64,000 bases of DNA from Thermoanaerobaculia bacterium (GCA_036504335.1 DASXVJ010000023.1:144389-208388), one strand, 5' to 3'; positions 38,998-49,942 are shown, counted from the first letter of the stretch. Notes: generated by a model not told the origin, from the sequence alone. Translations and numbers: made by a program.

Positions 38998-41645
38998 AAC
39001 CGGTAGCTGGCCCGCGTGTAGGCGAACGTTCCGTTGTACCCGTAAGGGGAGTTGTTCGGGTACCGGTTGATGCCGCTGTTGGAGTTCACGAAGAGGGTCG
39101 AATCCGGCGTCGCATTCCCGAGGTTCTGGGCGCCGATCGCGACGCGGAGATGGCTGAACACCCAGGAGAGCTCGAGGTCGAGGAGCCACTGGGCCGAGAA
39201 CGTCTGGTCGGCGGCCGTGCCCGGGCCGAACGGCGCCTCTCCCGAGCCGTTCGCGATGCCGCAGAACGAGCCGTAGCGCGTGGCGTTGACGACGACGTTC
39301 AGCGGCCCCCTCGTGTAGTCGACCGTCCCCCTCACGACGTCCTTCGGCTGGCCACACTCGAGGCGGCGGACTTCCAGGCGGTCGAAGAGAGTCGTCTGGA
39401 ACGCAGCGAGCTGGGGCGGCGTCGAGGCGATGTTCGTCACGCTCGTCTCCGCGTGCGTCCACGCGGCGAGCAGGCGCACGGCGCCGTTCGATCCCATGTC
39501 GACGCGGTAGTTCGCCGACAGGTCGACGCCGTCCGTGCGCGTGTCGATCGCGTTCGTGAAGAACCGCACGCCGCTCGCGCCGAAGGGCTGGAGGATCGGG
39601 TTCAGAGCCGCGCCCGTGAAGTTGCCCGAGAAGATGATCCGGTCCTTGATCGCGATGTTGAAATAGTCCGCCGTGACGTCGAAGTCATGGCTCGGCGACA
39701 GCACGAGGCCGCCCGCGAAGTTCACGGAGTCCTCCGGCTTCAGGGGCGTTGCGCCGAGAGCCTGGGCGACGCCGCTGTCGACGCGGGCCGTCAGGATGTC
39801 GAACGGCTGGTTGACGCCGTTGATGTTCAGGAAGTTCGTCGAGACGGTCGAGAAGTAGGACTGGTGAAGCGACGGGGCGCGGAAGCCCGTCGACGCCGAG
39901 CCCCGCGCGATGAGCCACGGAAGGACCTCGTAGCGCAGGGTGCCCTTGTAGTTCGTCGAGTTGCCGAAGTCCGTGTAGTGCTCGAAGCGAATCGCCGCGC
40001 CGACGCGGAGCTGCTTCGTGACGTCGGCCTCGGCGTCGGCGTAGAGCGACACGTTGCTGCGGTTCGTGTCGATCTCGTTTGCCGGGCGGAAGCCGGGGAA
40101 AACCTGCGAACCCGGAGGTGCTGCCGAGCCGTCCTGCGCCTTGACGCCGCCGTCGACGTACGAGGCGGGCTCTCCGGCGATCTGCCGGTAGCGCTCGTTG
40201 CGGAACTCTGCGCCGAGGGCGAGGTTCAGCGGCCCGGCGAGGCCGATGGCGAACTGGCGCGTGACGTCGAGGTTCGCGAGAAACTGCCCGAAGACGAGCG
40301 ACCCGGCGTCGAAGGAGGTCTGGTTCGGCGGAATCGCCGGGCCGAGCGACGTGTTGAGGCTGTCCACGACCTTGAAGTCGAACTGGTTGCGCCCGTACTG
40401 GACCGAAGCGTCCCAGAACCAGCGATTCGCGAGGACGCCGCGCACGCCCGCGGTCGCCGAGTAGTCGATCGTCGTCGGCGTGATCTTCGGGAGGAACCCG
40501 TTCGGGTAGATCGTCCGCCAGTTCTGTGCCTGCAGCGCGCGCCGGAAGTTCCCCGCCGAGTCCGCGTAGCGGTGGCTCGCGCCGCCGAAGAGATAGGCGC
40601 TCACCGCGCCGTCCGCGCTCAGGGGCAAGACGCCGTTGAGGAAGCCGAGATAGTCGGTCGTCGCGGGGTCGCCGTAGCGCGTGTCGGGCTGCGTGATCGG
40701 GTCGCGGGAGCCCTGCGCCCGCGGGTCGTCTCCCGCGCGGTTCGTCGCGTTGCGGCGACGGAACTCGCCGGTGACGTTGATCGAGCCCCCGCCGACCGGG
40801 AACCCGCCGCTCGCGTTGAGGTCGAGGACCGATCCGTCGCCATGGGTCGTGATGCCGGTCGTCGCCGTGACGTCGAGCGGCGCCGGGCCGGAGCGCAGCC
40901 CGAGATTCAGAACGCCCGCGATCGCGTCCGAGCCGTACTGCGCGGCGGCGCCGTCCTTCAGGACCTCGATGCGGTCGAGCGCCTGCGCAGGGATCGCGTT
41001 GAGGTCGACGCCGGCCGAGCCGCGTCCGATCGTCCCGTTCACGTTCACGAGCGCGCTGGGGTGGCGCCTCTTTCCGTTCAGGAGCACGAGAAACTGGTCG
41101 GGCCCGAGGCTTCGGATCGAGGCGGGCCGGGTCGTGTCGGTCCCGTCGGAGATCGTCGTGCGCGGGAAGTTGAACGACGGCTCGAGCTTCTCGAGAATCT
41201 GGAACACCTCGCCCGAGCCGCTCGCCTTCTCGATCGCGGACGCGGGAAACACTTCCACGGGGACGGCCTTCTCGACGTCGGCCCCGGCCGCGCGCGAGCC
41301 GACGGTCACCTGAGCGCTCACGCCGAGCGCCATCGCGAAGTCCTGCGCCACGGGCCCGGGCGCGAGCGTGACCTTCGTGGACTTCTCCGCGAGCCCGGGC
41401 GCCGTGACGCGCACGTCCACCGTGCGGCCTTTTCCGATTCCCGCCGGAACACGGATTTCGTAGCGGCCGTTCCGGTCCGCATGGGCCGTGAGCTCGAGGG
41501 CGGGGACGCTCACGGTGGCACCGGGGTACGGCTGCCCGTCCTCCTTCGTGGTGACCCGGCCCGACAGGACGGTTGCGGAGTCCTGGGCCTGAACAGCAGC
41601 GGACCCCAGCAGGAATGCGAACGCGAACGCAAAGAATTGCTTCAT
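38994..41645 (-). CDS. TonB-dependent outer-membrane receptor with N-terminal carboxypeptidase-regulatory-like domain
   Basis: Signal peptide, plug and barrel motifs, C-terminal aromatic residue (…YTRASYRF). GGGAGGA Shine-Dalgarno 7 nt upstream. Confidence 0.85.
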   Translation of the reverse strand: MKQFFAFAFAFLLGSAAVQAQDSATVLSGRVTTKEDGQPYPGATVSVPALELTAHADRNGRYEIRVPAGIGKGRTVDVRVTAPGLAEKSTKVTLAPGPVAQDFAMALGVSAQVTVGSRAAGADVEKAVPVEVFPASAIEKASGSGEVFQILEKLEPSFNFPRTTISDGTDTTRPASIRSLGPDQFLVLLNGKRRHPSALVNVNGTIGRGSAGVDLNAIPAQALDRIEVLKDGAAAQYGSDAIAGVLNLGLRSGPAPLDVTATTGITTHGDGSVLDLNASGGFPVGGGSINVTGEFRRRNATNRAGDDPRAQGSRDPITQPDTRYGDPATTDYLGFLNGVLPLSADGAVSAYLFGGASHRYADSAGNFRRALQAQNWRTIYPNGFLPKITPTTIDYSATAGVRGVLANRWFWDASVQYGRNQFDFKVVDSLNTSLGPAIPPNQTSFDAGSLVFGQFLANLDVTRQFAIGLAGPLNLALGAEFRNERYRQIAGEPASYVDGGVKAQDGSAAPPGSQVFPGFRPANEIDTNRSNVSLYADAEADVTKQLRVGAAIRFEHYTDFGNSTNYKGTLRYEVLPWLIARGSASTGFRAPSLHQSYFSTVSTNFLNINGVNQPFDILTARVDSGVAQALGATPLKPEDSVNFAGGLVLSPSHDFDVTADYFNIAIKDRIIFSGNFTGAALNPILQPFGASGVRFFTNAIDTRTDGVDLSANYRVDMGSNGAVRLLAAWTHAETSVTNIASTPPQLAAFQTTLFDRLEVRRLECGQPKDVVRGTVDYTRGPLNVVVNATRYGSFCGIANGSGEAPFGPGTAADQTFSAQWLLDLELSWVFSHLRVAIGAQNLGNATPDSTLFVNSNSGINRYPNNSPYGYNGTFAYTRASYRF

Positions 41646-41723
41646 GAATCTCTCCTCCCGGAAAGTAAAAAGAGGCCCGGCACCGGATAATTGAAGCGAC
41701 TCTGTCGCAGATAGCGCCGCGGG

Positions 41724-43148
41724 TCAAGGGGCGTGCGGCGCGCCCCCCGCCCCCGCGATCGCGTTCGCGTAGTACCGGAGGAGCGGCAGCTCCGCGGCGA
41801 CGGGCCGGAAGAGACCGCCGTCCGCGAGGACGACGTGCCGGAGCATGAGCGCCCTGAGGCCGACGGACACGGCGTAGTCCTGGTCGCCGCGCGGCACGTG
41901 GACGTATGCGCCCCCGGCTTCGAGAGCGCGCCAGCGGGCGAGGACCTCGGACTTCAGCTCGAGCTCGCTCCACGCCCGCTCCGGCGCGTCGACGAGGACG
42001 CTCGCGACGAGCGAGACGGGCAGGACCGGAATCACGCGCGCGATCCGCTCCATGAGGTCCTTCGCGAGGCCCTCGACGGCGGCGAACCGCGCCTCCCGCG
42101 AGACGGTCCCGAGGTCGAGGTCCTTCCGTGCGAGCCACTCCCGCGTCGACACAGGAGACCCGAAGCTCACGCAGGCATAGCCGAAGCGGCGCCACTCGTT
42201 CGCGATCACGAGGCGCGCGTTGCGCCGGACGAAGCGGAGCGTCTCGGCGAGGGTGTCGGCCGGAGAGGCTTTGCCCTGCGCCGGGGAGCGGTCGAGGAGG
42301 AGCGTGCGGTCTTCGAGGACGCGGTCGTAGTTGACTCCGACCGGGATGAAGACGAGATCGCGCGGACCCTTCGGGTCGAAGCCGCGGAGCATGTAGTCGA
42401 GGAGGCCGAGCTTCGGGGGGCGCAGCGCGCCGTCCTTCGAGAGCCCGCCCTCGGGGTAGACGGCCTGCGGAACGCCGTTCGCCGTGGCCATCGCGACCCA
42501 GCGCTCGAGGACGCGCCGGTAGAGCGGATCCTTCGAGTCGCGCCGCACGAAGTACGCGCCGGTCGCCCGCAGGAATCCCTGGATGGGCCAGATCCGCGCC
42601 CATTCGCCGACGGCGTAGCTGAGAGCCGTCTTCTCGGCCGCCAGGTACGAGAGGAGGAAGTAGTCCATGTTGCTCCGGTGGTTCATGACGAAGACCACCG
42701 TCGAGCCGTCGGGGATCGCCCGCAGGCCGGCGTCGTCCGCCGTGCCGAGGCGCACGCGGTAGAGCGAGCGCGCGACCGCGCGGGCGATCGCGTAACCCGC
42801 GCGAAAGTAGATCCACGCGTTGAAGGCCGGGACGATCTCCCGCGCGTCGCGGTCGACGCGTTTCTGCACTTCGTCGCGGGAGAGGCCCGACTCCTTCGCG
42901 AACGCGTCGGCGGCCTCGAGGACCTTGAGGTCGAAGCGGAGCTGGTCCACGAGAACCTCGCGCTTCGTCATCTTGAACGGCGGGAGGCGCACGGGGAGGC
43001 GCGCGTTCAGCTCGTCGATGACGCGGTTCGCGCGGCGGCGCATCACGGCGCGGGCGGCGGGGCGGAGCAGCCGGTCGAGAACCGCCCAGCCCGCGAGAGA
43101 TGCGAGCAGGACGAAGGCCCAGAGCGGGACTGCGACGGAGGAGGACAT
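41724..43148 (-). CDS. Acyltransferase (PlsC/LPLAT family, HxxxxD) with C-terminal extension
   Basis: Motif VFVMNHRSNMDYFLL (H-x4-D). Confidence 0.7.
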   Translation of the reverse strand: MSSSVAVPLWAFVLLASLAGWAVLDRLLRPAARAVMRRRANRVIDELNARLPVRLPPFKMTKREVLVDQLRFDLKVLEAADAFAKESGLSRDEVQKRVDRDAREIVPAFNAWIYFRAGYAIARAVARSLYRVRLGTADDAGLRAIPDGSTVVFVMNHRSNMDYFLLSYLAAEKTALSYAVGEWARIWPIQGFLRATGAYFVRRDSKDPLYRRVLERWVAMATANGVPQAVYPEGGLSKDGALRPPKLGLLDYMLRGFDPKGPRDLVFIPVGVNYDRVLEDRTLLLDRSPAQGKASPADTLAETLRFVRRNARLVIANEWRRFGYACVSFGSPVSTREWLARKDLDLGTVSREARFAAVEGLAKDLMERIARVIPVLPVSLVASVLVDAPERAWSELELKSEVLARWRALEAGGAYVHVPRGDQDYAVSVGLRALMLRHVVLADGGLFRPVAAELPLLRYYANAIAGAGGAPHAP

Positions 43149-43204
43149 CGGAATTTTCTCCGAAGATTAAGGCATGAGAGCCGAAGCGAGGTCTAATCGC
43201 CTCC

Positions 43205-44296
43205 ATGGAAGCGCGGATTCCATCCTTCGCGGCGCACGCCGTACTCGCCGGGCTCCTCGCGGCGGCCCCCGCCGTGCATGCCCAGATCCTTCCGGCCGAG
43301 CCTGCCTCGGGTCACGCCATTCTCGGAGATTTCCGATTCTCTTCGGGCGAAGTGCTCCCCGACGTCCGGATTTCATACGTGACGTACGGCCGGCGCCTCG
43401 ACGACGGCCGCGGAAAGACCGCGAACGCGGTGCTCGTCCTGCACGGGACGGGCGGCTCGTCGGCGCAGTTCCTCGGGCCGACGTTCGCCGGCGTGCTGTT
43501 CGGCCCCGGCCAGCCGCTCGACGCCTCGCGCTACTACATCGTGATCCCCGACGGGCTCGGCCACGGCGGCTCCTCGAAACCGAGCGACGGCCTGAAGGCG
43601 AAGTTCCCGCGCTACACGTACGACGACATGGTCCGCGCGCAGTACCGGCTCCTGACCGAGAGCCTCGGCGTCACGCACCTGAGGCTCGTGATCGGCACGT
43701 CGATGGGCGGGATGCACACGTGGGCGTGGGGCGAGGCGTATCCGGACTTCATGGACGCGCTCCTGCCGCTCGCGAGCCTGCCGGCGCCGATCGCCGGGCG
43801 CAACCGGATGTGGCGGAAGATGGCGATGGACCTCATCCGCGGGGATCCCGAGTGGAGGGGCGGCGGCTACACGGCGCAGCCGCCGGGCCTCCGCGGCGCG
43901 CTCTCGCTCCTCCTGACGGTCTCGGGCAGCCCGCTCGGCTGGATGCAGCAGGCGCCCGACCGTGTCGCCGCGGACGCGGCCGTGGACAAGTACATGTCGG
44001 AGCGGCTCGCGAAGATGGACGCGAACGACCTCCTCTGGGCGCTCGACGCCTCGCGCGACTACGATCCGTGGCTCGGCCTCGAGAAGATCAAGGCGCCTCT
44101 CCTCGCGATCAACTTCGCGGACGACGCGATCAACCCGCCGGAGCTCGGGATCCTCGAGAAGGGAATCGCGCGCGTGAAGAACGGGCAGGCCGTCGTGTTT
44201 CCGCTCTCGGAGAAGACGCGCGGCCACCAGACGCACACCCTCGCGGACATCTGGAAAACCTACCTGAACGAGCTTCTGGTCCGGTCTCGGCCGTAG
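43205..44296 (+). CDS. Secreted alpha/beta hydrolase (homoserine-acetyltransferase-like fold)
   Basis: Signal peptide. GTSMGG nucleophile elbow. Confidence 0.7.
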   Translation: MEARIPSFAAHAVLAGLLAAAPAVHAQILPAEPASGHAILGDFRFSSGEVLPDVRISYVTYGRRLDDGRGKTANAVLVLHGTGGSSAQFLGPTFAGVLFGPGQPLDASRYYIVIPDGLGHGGSSKPSDGLKAKFPRYTYDDMVRAQYRLLTESLGVTHLRLVIGTSMGGMHTWAWGEAYPDFMDALLPLASLPAPIAGRNRMWRKMAMDLIRGDPEWRGGGYTAQPPGLRGALSLLLTVSGSPLGWMQQAPDRVAADAAVDKYMSERLAKMDANDLLWALDASRDYDPWLGLEKIKAPLLAINFADDAINPPELGILEKGIARVKNGQAVVFPLSEKTRGHQTHTLADIWKTYLNELLVRSRP

Positions 44297-44305
44297 GCGC
44301 GGCCC

Positions 44306-45514
44306 TCAGCGCAGCGCGCGCGCCAGACGCGCCACGCCCTCGGCGAAGACGTCGGGCGGGGGGAGGAGGCTCAGCACGAGCCAGGCCTCGGAGGGGAACT
44401 CGTAGAAGTAGCCGGGGTGGACGAGGACGTCGTGCGTCTCGAGGAGGTCGAGAACGATCTCTTCCTCGGGTCTCACGGCCGGGACCCTCAGGCACGCGGC
44501 CCATCCCGCGGCCACCGGCGCGACCGTGACGGCGCCGCCCGCGGGGAATGCCGTCTTGAGCGCGCGCTCGTTCCTGAGGACGCGCGCCCAGATCGACTCG
44601 ACGGCGCGACGGCTGCCCTCGAGGAGGCGCGGGAGCGCGAGCTGCACGGGCGTCCCGACGGAGAGGTACGCGTCCGCGACCCACTCGAGGCGGCGCAGCG
44701 CATCTTCGAGCGGTCCCGCCGGGCCGTTCGCGAGGATCCAGCCGAGCTTGAGCTGGGGAAGCGCCGCGGACTTCGAGAGGCCGCCGAGCGAAAACACGAG
44801 CGCCTCGCTCCGCACGGCCGCGACCGGCGCGTCGTCGGGGCGGTCCGAGTAGCGGTAGTCGACGAAGACCTCGTCCGAGATCACGGCGAAGCCCTTCTCC
44901 GCCGCGAGCGCGAGGAGCGCGTCGAGCTCGGCGGCGCCGATCGAGCTGCCCGTCGGGTTGTTCGGGTTCACGACGACGACGGCCGCCGTGCGCACACCCG
45001 CCACCGCGAGGCGCGTGACCTCGTGCGCGACGGCCGAGGCGTGCACGCGGAAGCCATCCTCGGCGGCGAGCGGGTAGCGCGCGAGCGTCACGCTCTCGAG
45101 GCCGGCGAGGGCGTCGAGGAGCGGGTACGACGGGGCGGGGACGAGGACCGCGTCGCCGGGGTCGGCGAGGACCTTGAAGAGCCAGCCGTAGGCCTCGCTC
45201 GTCGAGGCGGTGAGGACGAGCCGCTCGGGTGGTGCGAGGACGCCGTGGACGGCCGCGTACCAGTTGCTCACCGCGAGGCGCGCGCGCCGCAAGCCCCGGG
45301 GGTCCGGCTCGTAGACGAGGCCGCGCGGGTCCGCGAGCGGCGCGAGGAGGCCGGCGTCTTCCGGGACGTCGAGGAAGAGGTCGGCGCCGCCCGAACGCAG
45401 GGCGACCGCCGTGGGGTTCGAGACGGTCAGGTCGAGGTGCGGCCGCGCGCGCGCCGCGAGGGCCCGCGTGACGCGGTTCTCCTCGTGGACGGGCGGCAGG
45501 CGCTTCGAGAACAC
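44306..45514 (-). CDS. PLP-dependent aminotransferase, class I/II
   Basis: SLGGLSKSAALPQLKLGW (Schiff-base Lys) and NPNNPTG. Confidence 0.85.
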   Translation of the reverse strand: MFSKRLPPVHEENRVTRALAARARPHLDLTVSNPTAVALRSGGADLFLDVPEDAGLLAPLADPRGLVYEPDPRGLRRARLAVSNWYAAVHGVLAPPERLVLTASTSEAYGWLFKVLADPGDAVLVPAPSYPLLDALAGLESVTLARYPLAAEDGFRVHASAVAHEVTRLAVAGVRTAAVVVVNPNNPTGSSIGAAELDALLALAAEKGFAVISDEVFVDYRYSDRPDDAPVAAVRSEALVFSLGGLSKSAALPQLKLGWILANGPAGPLEDALRRLEWVADAYLSVGTPVQLALPRLLEGSRRAVESIWARVLRNERALKTAFPAGGAVTVAPVAAGWAACLRVPAVRPEEEIVLDLLETHDVLVHPGYFYEFPSEAWLVLSLLPPPDVFAEGVARLARALR

Positions 45515-45520
45515 CGGCCT

Positions 45521-47632
45521 TCAGCGCCCCGCGACGAGGTCTTCCGGCTTCCACGGCGACGGCGGGCCGCCGAGCCACCGGGCGAACCAGTCCAGGTGGG
45601 CCGCGTAGTAGAGAGCCATCTCGAATGCGCTCGGCCAGTGGCCCGCCTTCTCGAAGACGATCAGGCGCGACGGGACGCCGCGGGCCTGGAGGTCCGTGAA
45701 GAACTCGAGCGACTGCGTGTACGGCACGCGGTAGTCCTTCTCGCCGGTGACGACGAGGCACGGCGTCCTGAACGCCGTCACGTACTCCGACGGGCTCTGC
45801 GAGCGGTAGAGGGCCGCGTTCTCCCACGGGGCGCCCCTGAGGTCCCACTGGGGGAACCAGACCTCCTCCGTCGAGGAGTACATCGCGCGCAGGTCGTAGA
45901 CGCCCATCATCGAGGCGAGCGCCTTGAAGCGCGTCGTGTGGCCCTCGAGCCACATCATCGCATAGCCGCCCCACGACCAGCCCATCGCGCCCATGCGGTC
46001 CTTGTCGACGTAGGGGAGCTTCTCGAGCGCGTCCGTCACCTTCTCGACGTCCGTCATCACCTTGCCGTTCCAGTCGCCGGAGATCGCGGACGTGTAGGCC
46101 TGGCCGAAGCCGGTCGAGCCGTGCGGGTTCGGGAACGCGACGACGTAGCCCGCGCCGGGGTAGACCTGCCAGTCGCCGCGGTAGGCGTCCGCCCACTGCT
46201 GCTGCGGCCCGCCGTGGACGTTCAGGATCAGCGGGTACTTCTTCGACGGATCGAAGCCGTGCGGCTTGACGATCCACACGTGGACGGGCTTTCCACCGGC
46301 GCCCGGCACCGTGATCTCCTCGGCCGGGCGGACGTCGACCTCCTTCTCGAAGGCCGCGTTGTGCGTCGTGAGGCGGGTGCCGGCCCCGTCGCCGCCGGAC
46401 GCGACGCCGAGGCGCCACAGCTCGTGGGGGCTCCCGATCCGGCGTCGGGCCGCGACGGCGAACGAGGCGTCGGGCGCGAGCGCCCACGCGTCGATCGCGC
46501 CGACGGACGACACGGCGCGCAGCGCGCCCGTCGCGAGGACGATCTCGAAGAGCGGCGTCCGGCCCTTCACCTCGGCCGTGAAGAAGATCCGCGTCCCGTC
46601 CCTCGAGAACTCGAAGTCGCGGACCGTGTCGTCGAAGGAAGCCGTCAGGTCTCGCTCGGCGCCGGTCGCGCGGTCGCGCAGGACGATCCGGAACCGGTCG
46701 GCCTCGTAACGCGGCGTCGCCTGGCGCTTGAACGCGAGGGATCGGCCGTCCGGCGAGTAGCGGGGCGAACCGTCGAAGCCCTTGTTCGCCGCCGTGACGT
46801 TCTGCGGGGCCGCGAGGGAAGCGACATCGGCCGGCACGCGTACGGTCCAGACGTCCGCGTTCGTCGAAAAGGCCCCGTCGGCATCGCGATTGGACGAAAA
46901 CGCGAGCTCCTTGCCGTCGGGCGAGAGGTCGAAGTCGCGCCCGCCCCCGACCGCGAAGACCGGCGAGTCGAAGTCGCCGGGCGTCAGGTCGCGGATCGCC
47001 TTGCCCGCGTCCGCCTCGGCGAGGTCGAGGACAAGAACGTGCGTGCGCTTGCCGTCCTTCCAGTCGGTCCAGTGCCGGTAGAGAAGGGAATCGGCGAGGT
47101 GGGCCTTGATCTTGTTCGCGTCCCGCGCGTCGGACGCCTTCTTGTTGCATGCCGCGTCGGCGCCGCAGGACGGCGTGACGTCGGCCGCAAACATCAGGAA
47201 GCGGCCATCCCGTGAGAACGCCGGCCCGTCGATCCCGCCGGGGAATCTCGTCTTCTGCTCGGCTTCGCCGCCGCCGAGCGGCAGGAAGAAGACCTGCGGC
47301 TCGCCCGTACGCGTCGAGACGAAAGCGAGCGTCCTTCCGTCGGGGGAGAAGAAGGGATGCTCGTCGCGCGCGTCGCCGGAGGTGAGCGGCCGGGCGTTCG
47401 AGCCGTCGGCGTCGACGCGCCAGAGGGCCACGGTCTTCTTCTTCGCGGCCCAGTCGTTCGTCGTGACGGCGTAGACGATCGTCTTCCCGTCGGGCGAGAT
47501 CGCGGGCTCGCCGACGCCTTTCGTCCTGTAGAGGTCCTCGAGCGTGAACGCGCGGCCGGAGTCGGCGGCGGGGGCGGGGGAGGCGAGAACGGCGAGGAGG
47601 GCGAGGGCGAGGGGCGCGGACCTTTTCGGCAT
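45521..47632 (-). CDS. S9-family serine peptidase with N-terminal beta-propeller (paralog of 35492..37534)
   Basis: Signal peptide, SPDG propeller repeats, catalytic GWSWGG. Confidence 0.85.
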   Translation of the reverse strand: MPKRSAPLALALLAVLASPAPAADSGRAFTLEDLYRTKGVGEPAISPDGKTIVYAVTTNDWAAKKKTVALWRVDADGSNARPLTSGDARDEHPFFSPDGRTLAFVSTRTGEPQVFFLPLGGGEAEQKTRFPGGIDGPAFSRDGRFLMFAADVTPSCGADAACNKKASDARDANKIKAHLADSLLYRHWTDWKDGKRTHVLVLDLAEADAGKAIRDLTPGDFDSPVFAVGGGRDFDLSPDGKELAFSSNRDADGAFSTNADVWTVRVPADVASLAAPQNVTAANKGFDGSPRYSPDGRSLAFKRQATPRYEADRFRIVLRDRATGAERDLTASFDDTVRDFEFSRDGTRIFFTAEVKGRTPLFEIVLATGALRAVSSVGAIDAWALAPDASFAVAARRRIGSPHELWRLGVASGGDGAGTRLTTHNAAFEKEVDVRPAEEITVPGAGGKPVHVWIVKPHGFDPSKKYPLILNVHGGPQQQWADAYRGDWQVYPGAGYVVAFPNPHGSTGFGQAYTSAISGDWNGKVMTDVEKVTDALEKLPYVDKDRMGAMGWSWGGYAMMWLEGHTTRFKALASMMGVYDLRAMYSSTEEVWFPQWDLRGAPWENAALYRSQSPSEYVTAFRTPCLVVTGEKDYRVPYTQSLEFFTDLQARGVPSRLIVFEKAGHWPSAFEMALYYAAHLDWFARWLGGPPSPWKPEDLVAGR

Positions 47633-47670
47633 GCGCCGAGTCTATCGGCCCGCGCCCTTCGTCGGCAGCC

Positions 47671-48159
47671 TCAGCTCGTGAGGCCGTCGCGCTTCTTGAG
47701 GATTTCGTCGAGGAACCAGCGGTTCTTCTGGTGCACCTGGACGAGGCGCGTGTAGAGGTCGGCGGTGCCGATGTCGCCGGCGTCCGTTGCGACCTCGGCG
47801 TCCGTGTGCATCTCGGCGATGATGACGTCGAGGGCCGCGCGGGCCTCGGTGAGCATCTCGCGCATCCCGAGCACGCCTTCCGAGGGCTTCACGGTCGCGG
47901 CCGGGAGGTAGTCGGCCGGATCGCCGATCGGGGCGCCGCCGACCATGATCGCGCGCTCGGCGAACTCGTCGATCGCGGCGAACGTCTGCGCGGCCTGCTC
48001 GTCGAGGAGCAGGTGGATGTCGCGGAACAGCGGCCCGTAGCTGAGCCAGTGGTACTTCTTGTAGTTGAGGTAGGCGACGAGGGCGTTCGCCTGCTGACGC
48101 TGGAGCGTCGCGACGACGGCGTCTGCGCCGTGGCCCTTCTTCCTGTTCTTCTTCGGCAT
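47671..48159 (-). CDS. dps: DNA-protection-during-starvation protein (ferritin-like)
   Basis: Dps ferroxidase-centre residues (HW...D...E) in ALVAYLNYKKYHWLSYGPLFRDIHLLLDEQA. Confidence 0.9.
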   Translation of the reverse strand: MPKKNRKKGHGADAVVATLQRQQANALVAYLNYKKYHWLSYGPLFRDIHLLLDEQAAQTFAAIDEFAERAIMVGGAPIGDPADYLPAATVKPSEGVLGMREMLTEARAALDVIIAEMHTDAEVATDAGDIGTADLYTRLVQVHQKNRWFLDEILKKRDGLTS

Positions 48160-48178
48160 TCGGGAACCTCCGATCCTT

Positions 48179-48206
48179 AATTTAGACTAAGTCTAAAGAA
48201 TGTCAA
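48179..48206 (-). promoter_or_regulatory. dps promoter (TTGACA-N16-TAAATT) overlapping a perfect 17-bp palindrome operator candidate
   Basis: Minus strand: TTGACA (48201-06) and TAAATT (48179-84). Palindrome TTTAGACT-A-AGTCTAAA at 48181-48197. GGAGG Shine-Dalgarno at 48167-71. Confidence 0.45.
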
Positions 48207-48254
48207 GCGGGCGGATGCTACATTCCCGCCCCCGACAGGGCAGACAGGAACCCA

Positions 48255-49931
48255 ATGGCCGAACAGTACATCTTCACGATGCAGAACCTGCGGAAGGTGG
48301 TCCCGCCGCAGCGCGAGATTCTCCGCGGCATCTACCTCTCGTTCTTCCCGGGCGCCAAGATCGGCATCCTCGGGCTGAACGGCGCCGGCAAGTCCACCGT
48401 CCTGCGCATCATGGCGGGGCTCGACAAGGAGTTCACGGGCGAGGCGTTTCCGGCCGAGGGGACGCGCATCGGGTTCCTTTCGCAGGACCCGCAGCTCGAC
48501 CCGAAGAAGACCGTCCTCGAGAACGTCGAGGAAGGCGTCGCGCCGGTCAAGAAGCTGCTCGCGCGCTTCGACGAGCTGGGCGAGAAGATGGGCGAGAGCC
48601 TCCCCGACGCCGAGATGGAAAAGGTCATGGCCGAGTACGGGAAGGTGCAGGACGCGATCGAGGCCGCGAACGGCTGGGACCTGGACCGCACGCTCGAGAC
48701 GGCCATGGACGCGCTCCGCTGCCCGCCCCCCGACGCGGACGTCACGAAGATCTCGGGTGGCGAAAGGCGCCGCGTCGCGCTCTGCCGCCTCCTCCTCCAG
48801 AAGAACGACATGCTCCTCCTCGACGAGCCCACGAACCATCTCGACGCCGAGTCCGTCGCGTGGCTCGAGCAGTTCCTCAAGGAGTTTCCGGGCACCGTTG
48901 TCGCCGTCACGCACGACCGCTACTTCCTCGACAACGTCGCGGGCTGGATCCTCGAGCTGGACCGCGGCGCCGGAATCCCGTGGAAGGGCAACTATTCGTC
49001 CTGGCTCGAGCAGAAGGAGGCGCGCCTCGAGATCGAGGAGAAGACCGAGAGCGCGCGCCAGCGCTCGCTCAAGCGCGAGCTCGAGTGGGTGCGCATGGCC
49101 CCGCGCGCGCGCCAGGCCAAGAGCAAGGCGCGCCTCATGGCCTACGAGCAGCTCGTCTCCGAGAGCGGCATCGAGGCGCGGGGCGAGACGAACGAGATCT
49201 ACATCCCGCCCGGTCCGCGCCTCGGAGACGTCGTCGTGCGGGCCGAGCGCGTGAAGAAGTCCTTCGGCGACAAGCTCCTCTTCGACGACCTGAGCTTCGA
49301 CCTGCCGAAGGGCGGCATCGTGGGGGTCATCGGCCCGAACGGCGCCGGCAAGACGACGCTCTTCAAGATGATCATGGGGCTCGAGAAGCCGGACGGCGGA
49401 AGGCTCCAGGTCGGCGAGACCGTCGTCGCGAGCTACGTGGACCAGAACCGCGAGAAGCCCGACGCGAAGAAGACCGTGCACGACGAGCTGTCGGAGGGGA
49501 ACGACCTCGTGATGCTCGGTAAGCGCGAGATGCCGAGCCGCGCGTTCTGTGCGATGTACAACTTCAAGGGCGCCGACCAGCAGAAGCTCGTCGCGAACCT
49601 GTCCGGCGGCGAGATGAACCGCCTCCACCTCGCGCGGACGCTCAAGAGGGGCGGCAATCTCCTCCTCCTCGACGAGCCGACGAACGACCTCGACGTCGAC
49701 ACGCTCCGCGCGCTCGAGGAGGCGCTCCTCTCCTTCGGCGGCTGCGCCGTCGTGATCAGCCACGACCGCTGGTTCCTCGACCGCGTCGCGACGCACATGC
49801 TCGCGTTCGAGGGCGACAGCAAGACCGTCTGGTACGAGGGCAACTACCAGGACTACGAGGCCGACCGCCACAAGCGCCTCGGCGCCGAGGCCGACCGCCC
49901 GCACCGGATCAAGTACAGAAAACTGTCCTAG
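48255..49931 (+). CDS. ettA: Energy-dependent translational throttle protein EttA (ABC-F ATPase)
   Basis: Two ABC cassettes (GLNGAGKST / LSGGERRR and GPNGAGKTT / LSGGEMNR) with an arm/linker between them. Confidence 0.95.
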   Translation: MAEQYIFTMQNLRKVVPPQREILRGIYLSFFPGAKIGILGLNGAGKSTVLRIMAGLDKEFTGEAFPAEGTRIGFLSQDPQLDPKKTVLENVEEGVAPVKKLLARFDELGEKMGESLPDAEMEKVMAEYGKVQDAIEAANGWDLDRTLETAMDALRCPPPDADVTKISGGERRRVALCRLLLQKNDMLLLDEPTNHLDAESVAWLEQFLKEFPGTVVAVTHDRYFLDNVAGWILELDRGAGIPWKGNYSSWLEQKEARLEIEEKTESARQRSLKRELEWVRMAPRARQAKSKARLMAYEQLVSESGIEARGETNEIYIPPGPRLGDVVVRAERVKKSFGDKLLFDDLSFDLPKGGIVGVIGPNGAGKTTLFKMIMGLEKPDGGRLQVGETVVASYVDQNREKPDAKKTVHDELSEGNDLVMLGKREMPSRAFCAMYNFKGADQQKLVANLSGGEMNRLHLARTLKRGGNLLLLDEPTNDLDVDTLRALEEALLSFGGCAVVISHDRWFLDRVATHMLAFEGDSKTVWYEGNYQDYEADRHKRLGAEADRPHRIKYRKLS

Positions 49932-49942
49932 AATCCGGGCGA

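Noticed and set aside
41646-41723. Rho-independent terminator between the acyltransferase and the TBDR
   Set aside because: CCGGTGCCGG plus a T-tract gives only a 4-bp stem with a 2-nt loop, which is not a convincing hairpin. The region mainly provides the strong GGGAGGA Shine-Dalgarno of the TBDR.
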